DNA from: Felis catus
Taxonomy: Eukaryota
Direction of reading: 5' to 3'
Length of the DNA stretch: 64,000 bases
NCBI RefSeq assembly: GCF_018350175.1
Contig: NC_058368.1
Span: 129,706,001 to 129,770,000 of the forward strand
The notes below the pieces were generated by a model. The model was not told the origin of the DNA, did no database searches, and saw only the letters and a list, made by a program, of their open reading frames with translations. The translations under genes and the position numbers were made by a program. Of the stretch, positions 61,846 through 64,000 are shown piece by piece. The number at the start of each line of letters is the position of its first letter. The first letter of the stretch is position 1.

Positions 61846-64000
61846 TGAATGTTTAAATGTAGGCATCATTATTTGGCTTGGTAGGCAGTTTCCAGAGATT
61901 TCATTTTCTAGTGAAAATGCTTTTTTAGAATATGTGTTTTTGAATATCACTTACGATGTGTTTGTAACACTCTTTAGAGCTTCCAGGGAAGCTTTCTGTC
62001 CTGTCATCCTGGACGATAGGAAGGGTAGACAGGGTAGATTTTGAATACTAGGGATTTTTTCTTATTTGTGTTGGCATATGTTATTGTTTCTATAGACAGT
62101 AGCAAGTTTCTCTTCTAAGTGATAAACGGTAAGATTCATCTCAGTAGAATATTCAGATTGCTTGTTCTCTTTATCAGTGAGAGGTTTTTTTGTAAGATTC
62201 TGGTGTCATCACTTGGCTTGGTGTCCTCATTAACATATCTGCAACTTTTACAAAACACTATTGCGGTCAGTCAACTGACTTCAGGCCTTAAATTTCCTAA
62301 TGAAATAATAGGAGGGTAGCTGAAAACCAGTTGAAATAGTTGAACATTTAATAATGTTTTTGGCAGTTTTATCAGTGATATTTAAATTCTGGTAATAAAG
62401 ATTACATTACCTGGGTTACTGCTGTTGAAAACTTTCCAAAAGATCCGTGTGTCTTATTAGGATGTGTTTAAGATAAGAGAAGATAATATATCTACATGTC
62501 GCTGTGAAAAGTTCACAAAATAGCACAGCTGTATTGCTATAGAATTCCCTTTTGAGTAAATAAGAATTTAAGCTAGGGAGCAATTAGATAGCATTGCTTA
62601 ATGCATCTAGCCGAACATCTGTGAAAGGCATTTCTTCAAATCTTTGGACTATCAGCAATGTGTGTTTTTTTTTTAACAACACTGGTTGTAAAACTGTGGT
62701 ATTTGAGATAGCAGATCTTTTATTCTAAACAAATGAGGAAAGAAAGATTCATTATGGGTATTCTAAAACCCAAGGGAATGTAGGTATAAAGAATGACTTT
62801 ATAATTAGAATGTGTTGAATTACTTAGTTAATAATCTTTGTGAAGTTTTTTAAATGCTATTTTGTGTTTGGGGATTTTTTTTTTTTTTAAGAAATTCTGT
62901 TTTTATATTCCCTTTACTAGTGTTTTTGAACAATTTTTAATCATCTTTCCCCCAACCCCAAATATGCACAGTAATATCAGGAAACTACAGTGATTTAATA
63001 CTTTTAAATGGCATCTTGGCCCATTTATGATGTTTTTCTTCCTACCTGTGTGAGTTAAAAATCAACTTTCCTAAAAGGGCACACAGTGGGTTCTTCTAAA
63101 TGACAAATCTGCGCAAATTGTTAGTGTGCATTGTGGTTCATTCATCACAAAAAAATACCCCAACAAGATCTGACATTTTCCTGTCACCCCGGAGAAACTG
63201 AGCAGTATTGAATTTTCATATCCCTCTTCAAAACAATGGGTAGATGAGGTAAGAATTGGAAAATTGGTAGTTTGTGTACAATATGAAGTTTGTCCCATAT
63301 ATTAAGTTGTATTTTCTTCATGAAAATTCTTAGCCGTATCATTCCTAATTTTCTCTTCTAGTATCAAAATTCTAGCTTTACGCTTTAAAGTCGAAGAAGA
63401 GAAATGCTAGAACTTTTCAATTTAGTTGTAAACGGTAACATCTTAAAATGTGATAAACCAAAACAAAAAGATCTCTATGTTTGGCAAAGTCACATTCCCC
63501 AGGGATTTACTGGACAGCAACAGCACTGTTACCAGTGTCAGCTGAGGCATTATTTGTATCCTTCTCTAATGGCTCCTTGTTTCAGCAAAGCTATTGAAGA
63601 AGGTGTGACGCTTAGATAGTCCTCATTAAGAATTCTTTTCATCACTGTTTAGATTAGTTAACAAAACCTGGATATCAGAGTTTGAGAGTTTGACTTCTGC
63701 TGGATCTGCTGTAATCATCTGACAAATGTCCATATTCTTTTCTGTCCTCATTTACTTATTTACTGTCCTTGTTCACTGTGACGGACATCTAGGAACAGAG
63801 TGGCATTTTCTGTTGGAGACAATGTAAAAATAATAAATTATAAGCTACTTTGAGATAGTTGGCAAGAAAAATGATGTATGAATATTACTGTGTAATTAAT
63901 GTTTATTTTCTAACTAATGCTTTAGTAGTGTCCTTTGATTGTCATATTTAGTCTATTTTAAAGTAGCATTTTGGCAGTCTCCATTTTCCCAACTTTTTCC

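Larger units (their letters stand above)
40717..64000 (+). other. KIF2A: KIF2A intron 1 (continues beyond the window)
   Basis: GT donor at 40717. No sequence encoding the expected continuation (RIHQAMVTSLNEDNESV...) appears in the ORF track or on reading; the region is repeat-rich. Confidence 0.85.

Noticed and set aside
1..64000. tRNA-like A/B-box sequences (ggtggctcagtcggttaag...gagttcgagccc)
   Set aside because: They are SINE heads followed by SINE body and A-tail; no complete cloverleaf tRNA gene was seen.
1..64000. CRISPR-like arrays, intact retroviral/L1 ORFs, processed pseudogenes, NUMTs or a novel gene cluster
   Set aside because: No regularly spaced repeat-spacer array, no RT, integrase or transposase ORF, and no recognisable retrocopy or mitochondrial sequence. 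Diverged pseudogenes or lncRNA exons cannot be excluded without a database search.

Overview
Mammalian, specifically felid, genomic DNA. The tRNA-derived Can-SINEs include near-intact SINEC_Fc-type copies, which points to the domestic-cat lineage. The only supported gene is the 5' end of KIF2A (kinesin-13) on the + strand. It has a CpG-island promoter at about 40.05-41.35 kb, a first coding exon at 40653-40716 ([21 protein letters not shown]+G, donor GTGAGC) and more than 23 kb of intron 1; exon 2 was not found in the window. The upstream 40 kb and the intron are a mosaic of about 35 Can-SINEs, L1 and L2 fragments, MIRs, old ERVL/MaLR solo LTRs, hAT DNA-transposon relics and microsatellites. 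Repeat family names come from recalled consensus sequences, not a database run, and boundaries of old repeats are approximate. I found no evidence for a novel multi-gene system. The most notable observations are: a 2-codon uORF whose stop overlaps the KIF2A start (ATG AGG TGATG); a phase-compatible candidate alternative first coding exon; a motif-dense candidate enhancer at about 8.3-8.5 kb; a perfect 20-bp POU-MORE-like palindrome upstream of the promoter; repeated SINE insertion into single target sites; and a TSD-flanked L1 relic with an internal inverted piece.
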